From NCBI RefSeq assembly GCF_018977255.1, contig NW_024704742.1, positions 48,362,001 through 48,426,000 of the forward strand: a stretch of 64,000 bases of DNA, read 5' to 3'. The DNA is from Callorhinchus milii (lineage: Eukaryota). The notes beneath the pieces are model-generated. The model did not search any database. It was not told the DNA's origin and saw only the letters and a program-made list of their open reading frames with translations. This document shows positions 63,634-64,000 of the stretch, in pieces (the stretch's first letter is position 1; each line of letters starts with the position of its first letter). The position numbers were made by a program, and so were the translations under genes.

Positions 63634-64000
63634 CAACAACAAAATTACATTTGTAAAGCACTTTCACGTCAGGAGGACGTCCCGAGGCACTGACAGACAG
63701 AGTTACGGACCCGAGCTGAAGGTCGGGGTGAGAGAGAGGGGAGGGCGGGGGGGAAAGCAGGGAGATCGAAAGCACGGTCGAAGAGGAGGGTCTTGAAGAG
63801 GGCGAGAGAGGGGGTGAGACGAAGGGACTGCGGAATGAAGTTCCAGAGGGTGGGTGCAGAGTGGCAGAAAGCCCGCCCTCCGATAGTGGGGGTGAGCAAG
63901 ATGGGGGACGTGAAGTAGACCGGAGCCCACTGAGCAGAGGGAGCGAACAAGGTGGTAGGGGGTTAGGAGGTCGCAGAGGTAGGGGGGAGCAAGACTGGAG
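63634..64000 (-). mobile_element. L2 3' fragment running off the window
   Basis: PTIGGRAFCHSAPTLWN...FKTLLFDRAF, stem-loop and tail. Confidence 0.9.

Overview
Eukaryotic, TE-rich vertebrate DNA. The repeat landscape (L2, CR1, Deu-domain SINEs, a shark-type Penelope-like remnant) suggests a cartilaginous fish, possibly a chimaera; this is inference. The window holds most of an NSUN7 gene on the + strand: ten coding exons from 20015 to 61455, all GT-AG and phase-compatible, giving 1521 nt (507 codons). The last coding exon lies beyond the window. A probable promoter and non-coding first exon sit in a small CpG island at about 11930-12305, between a ~0.9 kb G-rich GC-box minisatellite and a ~5.3 kb purine-rich (GA/GT) compound satellite. 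The rest is L2 and CR1 LINE fragments, at least two tRNA-derived SINE families sharing an L2-type tail, and older SINE remnants. I found no convincing new multi-gene system. The best leads are degenerate SAM-binding motifs in NSUN7, three stacked uAUGs, an X-box-like promoter site, a 25-bp near-perfect intronic hairpin, and several informative retroposon junctions. Repeat boundaries are approximate and family names come from recognition, not database searches.
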